Assembly: GCA_964016885.1 (NCBI GenBank)
Contig: OZ024741.1
Coordinates: 117,118,001 to 117,182,000 of the forward strand
DNA: 64,000 nt
Origin: Eledone cirrhosa
Taxonomy: Eukaryota
Direction of reading: 5' to 3'
The notes beneath the pieces were generated by a model. That model was not told where the DNA came from. It made no database searches and was given only the letters and a program-made list of their open reading frames with translations. Each line of letters opens with the position of its first letter. Position 1 is the first letter of the stretch. The position numbers and the translations under genes were made by a program. Positions 28,937-43,430 of this stretch are shown here, piece by piece.

Positions 28937-29287
28937 ACGTGTGTGCGTGTATGTGTGTGTAATCCCATTACTTCTGCTCTATCCTTTTATAAAACTAAAA
29001 TACATTCCGCTTAAAATACATTATTCCAGTCAGTATAAGGTAAATAAACAAAAGCACGCGAACCACACAAAACTGAAACAGATTTCACTCATTAGATAAG
29101 ATTACATCTGCTAAATTCCAAAAACTCCAAGATTGGATTCAATGAGACGAGGTGATGGTGATGGTTGTGGTTTTGGTAGTAGTGGTGATGGTGGTGAGAG
29201 CCGTGGTGTATGAGGGTGGATAGGTGGTTAAGGGATTATAATCCAGAGAAAAATGGATTAAATGTCTACAGCGTGTTTATACATTTC

Positions 29288-29366
<79 letters not shown>

Positions 29367-29453
29367 ATATGTTTATATATATATGTGCATGTGTGCATAT
29401 ATATATATAATGTGTTTATACACACACACATATATATATATATATATAAATAC

Positions 29454-29558
<105 letters not shown>

Positions 29559-29606
29559 TATATTTGTGTGTGTGTATTTCGTGAACATATATATAATATA
29601 TATATA

Positions 29607-29670
<64 letters not shown>

Positions 29671-29738
29671 TATATTTGTGTGTGTGTATTTCGTGAACAA
29701 ACTATCAGATATGATAAATATATTTAATTATGCACATC

Positions 29739-29788
<50 letters not shown>

Positions 29789-29814
29789 TATATTTATATA
29801 TATATATATATATA

Positions 29815-30138
<324 letters not shown>

Positions 30139-30269
30139 GTGTGTATTTAGATATATGATTTACATGTTATGTGTGAATGTGTGTACACCCGTAGGTATCT
30201 GCTGGTTGCAAACTTGTGTCTTGTGTCATGGATATATATAACGTAGATAAATGCGGGCACATTTTTCGT

Positions 30270-30320
<51 letters not shown>

Positions 30321-30371
30321 AGAATTAGCCGTCGAAACGGCTTGAGCTCAGCCGTCGGGGTCTTACTTGTT

Positions 30372-30415
<44 letters not shown>

Positions 30416-30469
30416 TATATATATATACATATACGTCTGTGTTTGTGTGTGTTTGTATATGTGTGTGTT

Positions 30470-30529
<60 letters not shown>

Positions 30530-30585
30530 CGTGTGTGCGTGAGAGAGAAAGCGAGAGAGATTGTGTGTGCATACGTATTTGTGAT

Positions 30586-30623
<38 letters not shown>

Positions 30624-30784
30624 CGCGTGTTTGTGTGTGTGAGCGTGTGTGTGTGTGTGCGTGAGAGAGAAAGCGAGAGAGATTGTGTGTGCGTACGTAT
30701 TTGTGATTATATATATATATATATATATATGTACGTGTGTGTGTGCGAGTGTGTGTGTATATATATATATATATACATTCACAC

Positions 30785-30819
<35 letters not shown>

Positions 30820-31433
30820 TTGTGTGTGTGTGTATATGCACAAGTAGACATACATCTAGAGACTAGTACGTCATTGACAAACAAATATTAAGAAGAGGTT
30901 TGAATCTGTGACCGTCCAAAGTTTAAAGACCACAATTCTTTTACTTTTCCCTACTTTCAGTCTATTTAAGTGTATTGATATTTTATATAATTATAATAGC
31001 ACTAAAGTTCAATGTTTTTCTCTGACGAAATCAGTTTTTTTTCCCACACTAGTGATGTTGTGTCTGGTTAGAATGAAACCGACTTCCGTTGTGTAGGAGA
31101 ATTTATTTTTTTACGCCACCAAATCCCATCTCCGACCAATTGGTAAATGATATATATATATAAATATAGTAGAATAATCGAGTATCGAAAAATCGGCGCA
31201 CGAGTTCACGATAAACAAAATTCGAAATATATATATATATATTTATATACATATATATATACATATATACATATATATATACATATACATATATATATAC
31301 ATATATATATATATACATATATATATATATTTATTCCTAACGATCGACTTTCGTCAAATCGGACCGAGGAAACAGTGTTTCCATTGGTCTTTCCAATTGC
31401 TAATACTATCTATCGGTCGCAACTCCAGGTAGA

Positions 31434-31553
31434 AGGAGCAACGTGAAATAAAGTGTCTTGCTCAAGGACATAACGCATCGCCCGGTCCAGGAATCGAACT
31501 CACAACCTCACGATTGCGAATCCTGTTCTCTAACCACTCAGCCACACGCCTTC
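31434..31553 (-). mobile_element. tRNA-headed SINE fragment (second family)
   Basis: Reverse complement: tggctgagtggttag...gagttcgattcc...ccttgagcaagacact. Confidence 0.75.
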
Positions 31554-31652
31554 ACTATATATATATATATATATACATGTATATATATATACATATATAT
31601 ATATACATATATATATATACATACATATATATATATACATATATATATATAC

Positions 31653-31709
<57 letters not shown>

Positions 31710-31728
31710 CATATATATTTATATACAT

Positions 31729-31784
<56 letters not shown>

Positions 31785-31889
31785 TCAATCACACATACAA
31801 GAGCTAGAGAATTCGGGGTAAAAATGGAATATATACATTCTAATGTAATTCATGTATTGAGAGCAAATACACACGCGCGCATGCGTATA

Positions 31890-31920
<31 letters not shown>

Positions 31921-32338
31921 TAGTGGGGGGGGGGATGAGTGACTGTGGACGAGAGAGCGAGAGAGAAAGAAAGACGAAGACCACCTGCATTGCTAACATT
32001 ACCAAACTTCACTGCAACTGCTTCTACTATCACTGCCATCACTGTCGTCACTACCCCCACACTCCTCCTTCCCTACCCCACCAATTCCTGCACCATTCTC
32101 CTCTCCAACACCACCCCCACCACCCCCACCACCAATACCGTCACCAGCAACCAACCATGCCGACTTCACCAGCACCACCATCACCACCTCGGCCACCACC
32201 ACTGTCTTGTTATTTTTACATCGCATGTGAACAGCGATTAGCGGAGGATACATCCCTTTTAAGCCTCTTACCCGGTGGTAATCTTGGTCCTATCTATTCA
32301 TGTTAGCTAGGACCACTGGACTCTTTTGCTCTCACACA

Positions 32339-32396
<58 letters not shown>

Positions 32397-33017
32397 GTAT
32401 ATATATATTTACTACAGAGACCATTGATCGCTGTTAGTTAGCGAACTGTGCGATTCGAGAGCTTTTTAGAGGCGATTTAGGCGATGGAGTGGCCGTGCGC
32501 TTTGCAGGCGGGTTTTACGTTTTGGCTGTATGTATGTATGTATGTATGTATGTATGTATGTATGTATGTATGTATGTATGTATGTATGTATGTATGTATG
32601 TATGTATGTATGTGGTTGGATTGGTACGGTTTGGGGCGGATTGGTGCGGTTGTCGAGAGGGAGGATGGGAACGTGTAATGGTAGTTGGTTAATGTGGAGT
32701 TCATGGCTTGAATAGTTTGCTGGAAGAGGTGGTGGCGGTGGTAGTTATGGTGTTGGTGGTAGTGATGGTGTGGGTGGTTATGGTGGTTATGGTGGTTTTA
32801 GTAGCGGTGGTAATGTTGTGGTTGTTGTTGATGGTGGTGGTAAGAATTGTCTTTTGGTGGTTTGAACGGGTTTGGTGGAAGTCGATTTGAGATTTGAGCA
32901 GTCGGTCAACACATACAGAATGGAATTCATTGAAGCCCTCTTATTTTTTCTATGTGCACACGATCAAGTATCTATCTTTGTGTCAGAAATATGCACACAG
33001 ACACAAGACAAAAAGAA

Positions 33018-33060
<43 letters not shown>

Positions 33061-33063
<3 letters not shown>

Positions 33064-35888
33064 TTTAACAAACTATAAAGTAGGTGAACATGTTAAACAA
33101 ACTAAACTTAGAAAATTGAAAAAAAAGTACAGTATAAGATCAACATGTGACATAGACATGCTGATAGAAACAATCAAGCAAAAAGTGTCGGCCAAAGCTG
33201 CTCGTATAAGGCGCTTTGAAAAACGATCTAGATTCTATAAGGATAATAATATGTTCAAAAACAACCAAAGAAACTTCTACAGAAAAATTGGTAAGTCAAC
33301 AATAACTGCTAAATCAATACCACCCAAGGAGGAAGTGCAAGAATTCTGGGAAAAGATCTGGGCCGAAGAAAAAGTTCATAACATACATGCCCCATGGATA
33401 GACAGACAAATGAAAGAAACAGCTCACCTTGAAGAACAAACATGGGAAAATATAACAGTTGAACAGCTGCGCTTGGCTCTAAGAAAAACCAGCAAATGGA
33501 AATCCCCAGGAAAAGACAAAATACAAAACTTTTGGATAAATGCCTTCACAGAGTCTCATGAGCTGTTAGCCCAACTTTACAATGAAATAGTTAAGGAGCC
33601 AGAAAAGATACCATCATGGCTAGTCAACGGCATTACATTCCTGCTACCGAAGAATGATGAGACAAACAATCCCAAAAATTACAGACCGATAACCTGCTTG
33701 ACCACAATGTATAAAATTTTAACATCAGTCCTAACTGAATACACATATGACCACCTGATAACAAATGACCTATTTCCCATTGAGCAGAAAGGGTGTAAAC
33801 GAGGCTCATATGGCTGTAAGGATCAGCTTCTGGTTAACAAAATGATACTGGAAGATTGTCATAATAGACACAAAAATCTATCGATTGCTTGGATAGATTA
33901 TAAAAAAGCATTTGATAGTTTGCCACACAGTTGGATTGAAAAATGTTTAGAGATTTTCAAAATATCCCCCGTTGTCAGGAGGTTTTTGTCATTCAGTATG
34001 AGGACATGGAGAACGACACTCCTTTTGAATAGTGAAACAAAATCACTGGAAGCTGGAGAAGTTAACATTAATTGTGGAATTTTTCAGGGTGACTCTTTAT
34101 CACCGCTTTTATTCTGCATCGCACTTATACCATTAAGTAAAATGCTCAATGAAACAAAACATGGATATAGAGTCTATGACAAAACCATTAATCACCTGTT
34201 CTACATGGATGACCTGAAACTATTTGCAAAAAATGATGAACAATTGCAAGGGCTATTATCCACTGTGAAGCAGTTCAGTGATGACATTAAAATGGAGTTT
34301 GGACTGGATAAATGCGCCAAAGCAACGTTCACCAGAGGAAAGCTGCTGAAGAGTTCAGACATTAATCTTGATCGGGGGAACGTGATAAGAGAGCTTGATC
34401 AAGAACAAACTTACAAATATCTAGGTGTTTGTGAAGGAGACGGAATCAAGCACTCGACAATGAGGGAGAGGATAAGGAAGGAATGTTACCGCAGAGTCAG
34501 AGCAATCTTAAGAACGGAATTGAATGCAAGGAATAGGATCGATGCCATAAACACGCTTGCCATACCAGTAGTAACCTACAGTTACAATGTCATCAACTGG
34601 TCAAGCACAGAGATCCGTAGGCTCGATACAAAAATCCGAAAATTCTTAACCATGCACAGAATGCATCACCCTAAGGCAGACATAGATAGAATATATCTCC
34701 CTAGGAAAGAAGGAGGACGTGGGTTAATCCAGTTAGACATTGCGTTGAAAACTGCAACAATTGGATTATCCACATATCTAAGGGAATCACATGATTGGAT
34801 GATCAAACTCGTTTTGAAACACGAAAGCACCAAAAGATCATATTCCATTACAAAAGATGCACAAAGATACAGTAATGGACTACAAATTTCAGAAGTCCCA
34901 TTTACTGCTGAAATGGAAAACACAGAAAAAGCAAAGCAGGTAAAAGTAACTGCAAAGAAAGAACTGCTACAGAAACTGGCTAAGAAATGGCAAGAAAAGC
35001 CTCTGTATGGAAAATACCCAGAGCGAGCTAACAATCCTGATGTTGACAAAACTTTAACCCATCAGTGGTTGGCATCCTCTGGACTGAAATCGGAGACTGA
35101 AGGACTGATTATATCCGCACAAGATCAGTGTCTGCCAACAAAAAATTACCAAGCCAACATAATAAAAAATGGGTGCAGCCCACTATGCCGTGTATGCAAA
35201 AAACAACCAGAGACCATTGACCATATAATTTCAATGTGCAGTCCCATAGCTCCAACCGAATACCTAAACAGGCATGACAGAGCTGCACAATACATACATT
35301 GGATAATGTGTAAGCATTTTGACCTGCCCCATCAAAAGAATTGGTGGGAGCATCAACCACCTCCCATACTTGAAAAAGATCACATCTCAATCTTGTGGAA
35401 CTTTAGCATCCAAACAGACCGAAAAATAGATGCAAATAGACCTGATATAATATTGAAGGACTTTCAAAGGAGGGTATGCCTGCTAATTGATATGTCTGTT
35501 CCAATAGACAAGAATGTATCTATAAAAACATTTGAAAAATTGAGCAAGTATAAGGACCTGGAGATAGAAATTGGAAAAATGTGGAAATTGAGAACTAAAA
35601 CAATACCAGTGGTTGTAGGCGCTCTGGGAATGATACCTAAGGGGTCTAACGACTACTTATCGCAAATCCCAGGAAACCCGCGTATAGGAGAAATACAAAA
35701 GATAGTACTAATGGGAACTGCCCATATACTAAGGAAGATCCTGTCAATATAAGTACATCACAAGTCTAAACACTAAGGATGCATGTGTGAATATGTGTGT
35801 TCTTTCTTGAACATGGCGGACCTTGTTGTCTCTTGAGGTCACTGGTTGTGACTTGGTGATAACTCGTATATAAAGCAAGATAAATGCA

Positions 35889-35890
<2 letters not shown>
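33061..35890 (+). mobile_element. R4/Dong-clade non-LTR retrotransposon, 5'-truncated, in (TAA)n
   Basis: (AAT)n on both sides (33018-33060, 35888-35917). RT-RLE ORF. Confidence 0.9.
33116..35752 (+). CDS. Reverse transcriptase + CCHC + restriction-like endonuclease (N-terminally truncated)
   Basis: WKSPGKD, YRPITCL, DYKKAFDS, GIFQGDSLSP, YMDD, CRVC..ETIDHIISMC, RHD, RPDI...D...K..KY. Uninterrupted 878 aa. Confidence 0.93.
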   Translation: MKKKYSIRSTCDIDMLIETIKQKVSAKAARIRRFEKRSRFYKDNNMFKNNQRNFYRKIGKSTITAKSIPPKEEVQEFWEKIWAEEKVHNIHAPWIDRQMKETAHLEEQTWENITVEQLRLALRKTSKWKSPGKDKIQNFWINAFTESHELLAQLYNEIVKEPEKIPSWLVNGITFLLPKNDETNNPKNYRPITCLTTMYKILTSVLTEYTYDHLITNDLFPIEQKGCKRGSYGCKDQLLVNKMILEDCHNRHKNLSIAWIDYKKAFDSLPHSWIEKCLEIFKISPVVRRFLSFSMRTWRTTLLLNSETKSLEAGEVNINCGIFQGDSLSPLLFCIALIPLSKMLNETKHGYRVYDKTINHLFYMDDLKLFAKNDEQLQGLLSTVKQFSDDIKMEFGLDKCAKATFTRGKLLKSSDINLDRGNVIRELDQEQTYKYLGVCEGDGIKHSTMRERIRKECYRRVRAILRTELNARNRIDAINTLAIPVVTYSYNVINWSSTEIRRLDTKIRKFLTMHRMHHPKADIDRIYLPRKEGGRGLIQLDIALKTATIGLSTYLRESHDWMIKLVLKHESTKRSYSITKDAQRYSNGLQISEVPFTAEMENTEKAKQVKVTAKKELLQKLAKKWQEKPLYGKYPERANNPDVDKTLTHQWLASSGLKSETEGLIISAQDQCLPTKNYQANIIKNGCSPLCRVCKKQPETIDHIISMCSPIAPTEYLNRHDRAAQYIHWIMCKHFDLPHQKNWWEHQPPPILEKDHISILWNFSIQTDRKIDANRPDIILKDFQRRVCLLIDMSVPIDKNVSIKTFEKLSKYKDLEIEIGKMWKLRTKTIPVVVGALGMIPKGSNDYLSQIPGNPRIGEIQKIVLMGTAHILRKILSI

Positions 35891-35918
<28 letters not shown>

Positions 35919-35920
<2 letters not shown>

Positions 35921-38900
35921 TTTCTTTATTGGCCACAAGGGCTGACACGAAGAAAAACATTAGAGACGGCACAGAACAATACAAGACGATACAAAGTGAG
36001 TTTTGGTCGTGTAAACAGGTTATAACAAAATCGGGCTAGAAATCCAAAAAAATTCAAACAACAAAAATTCCCCAAGAAGGGGGAATCCTCCGAGGGTCAC
36101 TCGTGGTGAAAACCACACAAAAGACCACGGCCAGCCTGACCACCAGAGCAAGCGCCCTCTCTCACTTTTCCCACTCCTCGGTCTACAGGCGGATACTCCG
36201 TGGTGTAGAGCACCTCCGTGCCTGTAGAGCTTATCCCGAACCGGCAACGCTCCCCGGTAGCACTGCCAGGCCAGGAATTTCTGGAAGTTGTCCATAGGCC
36301 CGGTCTGAAAGTTCTCTTAAAGAGGGCGAACAGCTGATCGTCTTCGACGCCCAGGGTCTCCCTGAGAACATCGTCGCTCTTTCCCTCCACGAGTCCTCTA
36401 TAGAACGCCGAGGTGGATGTTCCACCGATACTAGTGCCCAGCCGGTAGAGGTCGGTGAGCGCTTGGAGACATTCCAGCTTCCAAGCGCTATCCCTCGGTC
36501 TTTTCCTGATCCAGGACTGCAGCTCCGAGCTGGGGAAAAGCGCGTCTGGCAAACGGCGACCACACCAGTTCACCGCCAAGGAAGCACCAGAGATGTCGCA
36601 GCCACAGCGCATGTTTGCGCATCATCAGCCACGGCATGCCTAGTCCTCCACGCAACGGGCGTTGACAGTAAATGGATCGCCTGACCATGCGAGCACGTCC
36701 CTTCCACAAAAAGCGGAAGAGAAGGCGCTCCATTTTGGTCAGAGTTGGGCGGGAGCAAGGTACGACGGTCAGGCGGTAGCAGATGACGGACGCTATGTAC
36801 GCATTCGCCACCTCCGCCCGACCTTTCAGAGACAGCCTCCTCTCGGCCCATTTCTGGGTGAGAGAGGCCACCCTGCTCGTCACCTCGCTCTAGTTTTTCT
36901 CTATCTGGAGATCCGGACCGAACCAGACCCCGAGCAATTTAACTGGTCCTTCCGTCCAGCGCCCCACGACGCTGTCGAACGGCATGGACTTGCCTATCCA
37001 GGTGCCGAGTTGAAAGCCCACCGACTTTCTTTGCTCCTGTCACCGCTTCGTATTCCTTGAGAACGGTGCCGAGCATCTGGACATGTTAGTGCTCGAGACC
37101 ACCACGGTGACGTCGTCGGCGTAAGCTGAGACGGATCTCTCGCATCCCAGTTCGCGTGGGACCCCCCTCATCGTCTCCAATTTATGTAGTAACGGCTCTA
37201 GGGCAAGTACGTACAAGAGGGACGAGAGGGGGAAACACTGGCGGACCGAGCGCATGATGCTGAAAGGCTGCGACAGGTGACCATTCAGCCTCACAATCGA
37301 GCAGATGTCGTTGTGCATCGCAACGATCCAGCCCCTAAAAACGGGACGGAACCCGGCTGCCTCGAGGACCGCAGCCAGATACCGATGGTCGACCCTATCA
37401 AATGTTTTACATTGATCCAAGTTGATCAGGGCCCCACCCGTGCCAGGTTCCTTAACCACCCTCTTTATGATGTATCGCATGAGATGGAGGTTGTCGTGGA
37501 TGGATCTGTCCGGGATGGCGCATGTCTGCGCCTCTCCCACCAGATCACCGACGACAAGCGCCAATCTCTTTGCTAACACCTTGGCCAAAATCTTAAACTC
37601 TGCGTTTAGCAGAGTTATGGGCCTGAAGTTGTCTAGAACGTCCCCCTTGTTCGGGTCTTTTCTCAGCAGTGCCACCGATCTCCGGCTCACAAAACTGGGA
37701 ATGCTCCCGTTCTGCTGCCAGTTGCAGTAGACATCTGCCAAGAGGTCACCGAACAAGTCTGGTATATACGCATAAAGCTCGTAGGGCAGACCATCCAAAC
37801 CTGGCGCTTTACTCCTCGTGAAGTCAGACATCACGCCCCGTATTTCACCTGTTGTTATCGGCTTTTCGCTGCACTGCTTTGCGGTCGTCGAGAGCCGCGG
37901 CAGTCCGTCGAAGTATGCACCGAAGTCCATACTCCAATCCGGCCCGCCGCCGCTCCCGAACAATTGAGCAAAGTGCTGTTGAACAGGCGCACACATCTGC
38001 TCGGGTTCGAACAACATGCGCCCGTTTTGATCAGGCAAAGACCGAATTGTGGTCTTGTTGCCACGTCGCGCCTCCACCATCCGGACCCATTGAACGGCTT
38101 TCGTCCCCTCGTGTCTTAGAGCACGCGTTCTAGCTCTGACAACGCAGGCTTCATGCTTTGCGTTGAAGAATTGGTCGAGCGCCAATCTCGCCGCAAGCAC
38201 GTCGGTTGAGATGCCTGTCCTAAACGCCTCTTCTAGCTTTATAACTAACTCTCCCTCTACTCTATTTTCCTCTATCACAACTCCTATCGATTCTACTCTA
38301 ATAGCCCTTTTCAGGGTAAACCACCACCTGTTGTTGACGATCGCACCCGTCAACGCACGCTTAACTAATTCGCTAATCCGGTCTCTGTAAGCTTTGTGCT
38401 CCGGGAACGACGTGTTCAGCTTCCAGTAGCCGGGCCTTTTCCTATGGAGTCTATCTAAGTCAACTTCACAGATCACGAATTTGTGGTCCGTGTAGTCGAC
38501 TACTTTAAATTGTGGACAACCTACACTAGCCTTATCTGTTTCCCTACAGAACACCCTATCTAAACACGATCTGGATGACCCGATGCGGTTTGCCCATGAC
38601 CACATTGGCACATTCGGATATTCCAGTCTATATCTGTCAGACAGTTCAAAACGTCTGAGCAGGTTGTTGAGGCTTTTACACCCTCCTGCCCTTTTGGACG
38701 GTGAAGCTAAGGGTTTTTTTTTGGTTTTTTTGTGGCAGACCGTTTGTCACTTTCCTCGCGCCTCATACTCTATGTCGGATTCCGTGGCGTCTGGGAGGGG
38801 TATGAGCTCCACTGCTGTTGGTGGTGGTAGTGGAGCCTGCTTCAGCGATTTTGTCGCCGGTGTAGCTACTGTGACTGTTGGTGTTGCCGCCACTGCTGCC

Positions 38901-40404
38901 GCTGCTTTAGTTGTCCGTGGCCTTGGTATGGGTGCCACGGACGTTGCCCTCCTACTCACCATGGAAGGGTCTTCTGCCTCTGTTGCCTACCCTGCTCTTG
39001 GTAGAAGCGGATCAGGCGTCGGAAGGAGGGGGGGGGCTCTTCTTGGCTGTCTTCTGCAGGCAGAAGGCCCTGAGGTAACCCTTCTGCCCACAGAGCTAGC
39101 ACTTTGGGCGCCTTCCTTCCATGCTTATAGGGAGTTAGAGTCCTTCCTTGAGGTCTATGATGTCTGGGATGGTCTTGATGCACTCCTGGTCTGTTTGTAT
39201 TAGCATTTGCATGCCTATTCCTGACCAGTTCTCTCTTCCCATTCTCTGTATTTGCAGTATGGTGGTCTTCTCCTCGATTCCAGCAAGTAGAGACGCGGCC
39301 AGCCAAGGTATGGACACATCGGGCGGGACCTGGGTCACTTTGACCCTCACAATTTTCTGCCCGCAGTAGGAGGGCACCATAACTATCTCCTCACTCTCTA
39401 GGGTTTCCAAAGAGTGAGACTTCACCTCTTGAGGGGGTGGCGAATAGTACGTCTGCTGTGGCGTACTTTTTGCCTCGGGTGATGTGGGTTTTTCGCGCCC
39501 AGATGCACCCCAAGGCCTTTTGGATTTGAGCCTCCGTGGCTCTCTCCACCCGATGTAACATTTTGCTTATGGTGCGGTAAGTCACCGTGCGCAGCTGCTG
39601 GTCTTTGAAGAAATCGGGTGGAGGTTTCAGGGAAACTCTATTGACGTTTTTCGTCACCATGGCTCTTGCGACTGCCATCTCCTCCTACGTGACTAGCACT
39701 GTCTCTATATTTCGGGTCACACCTGCGAAAGAAGTGGCCCTTTTTTCAGCGGCCCCCTTATTGCTGCCGCTACTGCCGCTACTGCTGCTACTGGTCTTGT
39801 TGTTGGTGCTGTTGCTGTTGCTACTGCTACAAACGGTGTTGTTGGTGTTGTTGCTGTTATCACTGTTGTAGTTGGTTGTGTTTTTAGTGTCACCGTTGTT
39901 GTTGTTTTCGGTGTAATTTGTATTGTTGCTGTTGGTGTTGTCGTTGTTTATTTTCTTGTTAGTGGTGTTAATATCGTTGTTGCATTTGTTGTAATTTTTT
40001 TCTGTTGTCTGTATTTTGGTTGTCGCTGTTGTAGTTGGTGTGGTAATTTTTTTAAATTAGTGTTCTCAGTGTTGTTGTCTTTGTTCACGTTGTTTGTGGT
40101 GGTGATTGTTGTATCAATTTCCGTAACCCTCCTCTCAACTTTTACGCCCTTGTCACACGACAGCAGAGATATTGTTGGGGGCGTGGCTCAGCCATGTTTT
40201 TTTTAACATTTTTAAAAGTAAAATGTTCAAATATTAAGCAAATATTTGGGCCAAAGGGCCCAACCAAATATTATACTTTCTCCTTCACAGGGCAAAGTCC
40301 AAGGGCTTATATCCCTTACACAACAAAAAAGTTTAACAACAAATAATTATAACAGGTAAATAAAGCGACTTACTGGGAGCGAGCAAAAAGCGTCCGAACA
40401 GACC
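35919..40404 (-). mobile_element. Degenerate near-full-length Tx1-clade element (ORF1 ~38750-40195, ORF2 fragments 36200-38690)
   Basis: ORFs 37040-38611, 36488-36883 and 36097-36612 are homologous to the 16629-20090 protein. Frameshifts and deletions. 3' end ggccaataaagaaa abuts (ATT)n. Confidence 0.88.
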
Positions 40405-40407
40405 AAT

Positions 40408-41230
40408 AATAATTGTTTCTACTTTTGGCACAAGGCCAGCAATTACCCAGTGCATTACTGATACTATATTTTATCGACCCCGTAAGGATGAAAGGCAAAG
40501 TTAACCTCGGCTGGATTTGAACTCAGAATGGCAAGGGCCGTAACCCTATGCGTCAAAGCATGGCGTCCGACCCTCTACCGATACTGCCAATGGTTTCTAT
40601 ATTTGGCACAAAGCCAGCAATTTGAAGAAAAGAGGGCAAAGTCGATTAAATAAACCCCAGAGCAATACTGGTGCTATAATTTATCGATCCCGTAAGGATG
40701 AAAGGCAAAGCTAACCTCTGCGTGATTTGAACTCAGAACGAAATGCTACTAACTATATGCCGCAATTTTACCCGACACTCTAACGATTCTGCTAATTCAC
40801 AATAATAATAATAGTTTCTCGTTTGGGCACAATTCTGTGGGAGGTGAAATTCGATTAAATTGACCCCAGTGTGTTACTGGTACTTTATTTCATCGACCCC
40901 TTAAGGATGAAAGGCAAAGTTAACCTCGGCTGGATTTGAGCTCAGAACGTAAAAGGACGTAACCACTGGCTGCAAATCATGTGCGAAACCCTATCGATAT
41001 TGTTACTCCACCGCCCAAAACAGATTCTGATTTAGACACAAAGCCAACAATTGGGGTGGAGGGGAAAGTCGATTACATCGATTCCAATGCATTATTGGTA
41101 ATTTATTTTATCGACCCCGTTATGGATGAAAGGCAAATATAACATCGGCGAGATTTGAACTCAGAATGTAAAGGGCCCTAACTTTATACTGCAAAGCATT
41201 TTGTCCAACGCTGTAATAATTCTACTAACG
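40408..41230 (-). mobile_element. Four head-to-tail SINE copies
   Basis: Units start near 40410, 40590, 40812 and 41022, each with atcga.ccc...ggatgaaaggcaaa...gatttga.ctcagaa. Confidence 0.85.
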
Positions 41231-41754
41231 GTTGTGTGGTTTGCTTGCTGTGAGATTTGATTGCTGGGTTGTTTAATGGTTTGGTGGTTGGTGATTTTGG
41301 TGGTTTCGATGGCTCAGTGGGTTGGTGTCAGGTTGACTGGTGATGGAGCTTTAATTAGCTTGGTGGCTTAGTGAGACAAGCATGTTCGAGTGGTTTGGTG
41401 GTTTGGTGATCTGGTGACTGGCTTATTTATGAGTTTGGCGGAGCGAAACCACACAGTTTCGGCTGTGACATAACACTTATTTACAATGACTTCCATGGAT
41501 GTTTTTTTCTTTTTATAAACATTTTCATTTATCGCATTACAGATGGCTATTACAAACGCATACATATATACATATATACATGCACACATGTATACATACA
41601 TAGATACAATCTTGCATGCATAAACACCCATAAACAGACAGGCACACACATACACACACACACATGATTACATATTTGTGTGTGTATGTGTGTGTTTGTT
41701 TGTGTGTGTGTGTTTATGTGAGTGTGTATTGTATGTATGTATATATATATATAT

Positions 41755-42285
41755 GTCAGGTCTCTCTCGAGTGCTACTGGTAACAGGCAACCAAGTACAA
41801 CCTGTCTCATGATCAGGTCGTCGGCGACTAAACCGGCAACCCCACCAAGCTTGCTTGGTAAGGAGGGTGATTTTTGGACACGCTGCAGGATTAAATACAA
41901 GCTCGACAAAGGGTGGAGGAACTCAGCAGAGTCAACGGCCATCCAAATAGTACTTTCTTTCTTTTTTACCTGGGAGTGAAAGGCCACCAGTTGTTGTCAC
42001 AACACCTTTCTAAGAGAAGGAAACTCTGAAAAAAAAAACAAAACTTCGGAAGCATCCGATGAAGTTGACCAGTCCTACTTTTCGGGTAGTTTTCGATGCT
42101 CAGAAAGTGGAATTGCTCGAGCGCACCCACTTTGAGGCCTTCCCCCACTTAAAAAACCTTCAAAGCACAGGCATTGCTTGTTCAGGTTATGTTACAGGTT
42201 CGTGTGGCTGGCCGTAGCCTAAAAGGTACACCATTTTCTGTAACCTGACAAGTGATTGCAATACTCTTAGCAGAGTTTGCAGCAT
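41755..42285 (+). mobile_element. Non-autonomous RTE-associated repeat (relatives at 60722-60910 and 61655-62175)
   Basis: Shared gagtgctactggtaaca...taaaccggcaaccccaccaag...ggccatccaaa. The 61655 copy ends in an RTE-like tail with (ATGT)n. Confidence 0.6.
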
Positions 42286-42298
42286 ATATATATATATA

Positions 42299-43430
42299 AC
42301 TTTGATAACTTTGATAGGTTTCGGCCCGTATTGGCCCCCAGGCCATTTCTAACTTAATAGCACCACCTGGCGAAGTCTTTCAAATCAGGATGGACACCAT
42401 ATCCCACTCAAGTAGAGAGTTATTGTTTACGGAAACATATCAGGGTGTAGGAGATTTATCCGAGGTTTCTTTAAGGAATTTGTCCACATAATTCTTGAAA
42501 TATATGGGGTTTGTTTCTGTTTTAACATGCTTTGGTGTAATGTTAAAGAGAGCGGGGCCAATTGAGGTGAAATAATTGCGCTGTATTGTTGTTATGAGAT
42601 ACGAGTTTAATTTTTGTCATGGGCGGATAGCATGGGGCCCAAGCCTTGGGTGTACCTTAAAAGTGATGACAACATCATTTGGATAATGCTGATGGAATAT
42701 TTTCCACATCATGACAGATAATGTAGCGCTCACGGCGACGTTTTAGTTTTTCTAGTCGACCCCAATAGACAAGCCTGATATGCCATATATCTTTTTTGTG
42801 ATTGACCTTTGAGGTGCATCAATTTTCATGATACTTTGTTTCGTGTGGGGAGACCACAGTGGACAACAGTATTCAAGGTGGGGTCGGGTAAAAGTGGAGA
42901 AGAGAAGGATAATAGTGTGGATATCTCTCGACTGGAAAGTTCTGAGAATCCAGGAACACATTCTGCGGGCCATGTCAACTTTGCTGTTTATATGAGTGGC
43001 TCAGCTTATGTTGTCTACAATTACATCCAAGTCTCTGGTGCTGTTGGATGCCATGAGAGTTTCACCTGACGGAAGGGAATATGGGAGTTTCAGTGCATCC
43101 TCTTTTCCAAAGTGGATTAACTCAAATTTATCCTCGTTCAGCAACATATTGTTCTTTTCCGCCCATTTGATAACAGCCAGTAGATCTAATTGAAGGCATG
43201 TTCGGTCACTCACTCCATTGATGACCTTCTGGAGCTTAGAATCCTCTGCAAAGATTCTTATGTTGCTGTGCTTGATTATGTCAGTAACGTCATTTATATA
43301 GATAATGAAAAGAAGTGGGTCCAACGCAGTACCTTGTAGAACGCCACCACTGACTTTGGCTGGCCTTGATTTTACTCCTTCGACTACAACATGTTGGGCT
43401 CTGTCTGTCAGGAAACACTTGATCCAGGGT
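42299..43430 (-). mobile_element. CR1-group LINE 3' fragment
   Basis: GVLQG..LDPLLFIIYINDV...IFAEDSKL, RPHLEYCCPLWSP. Degenerate. Confidence 0.8.

Noticed and set aside
31434-31553. tRNA gene
   Set aside because: A and B boxes run into a SINE body and there is no proper acceptor stem.
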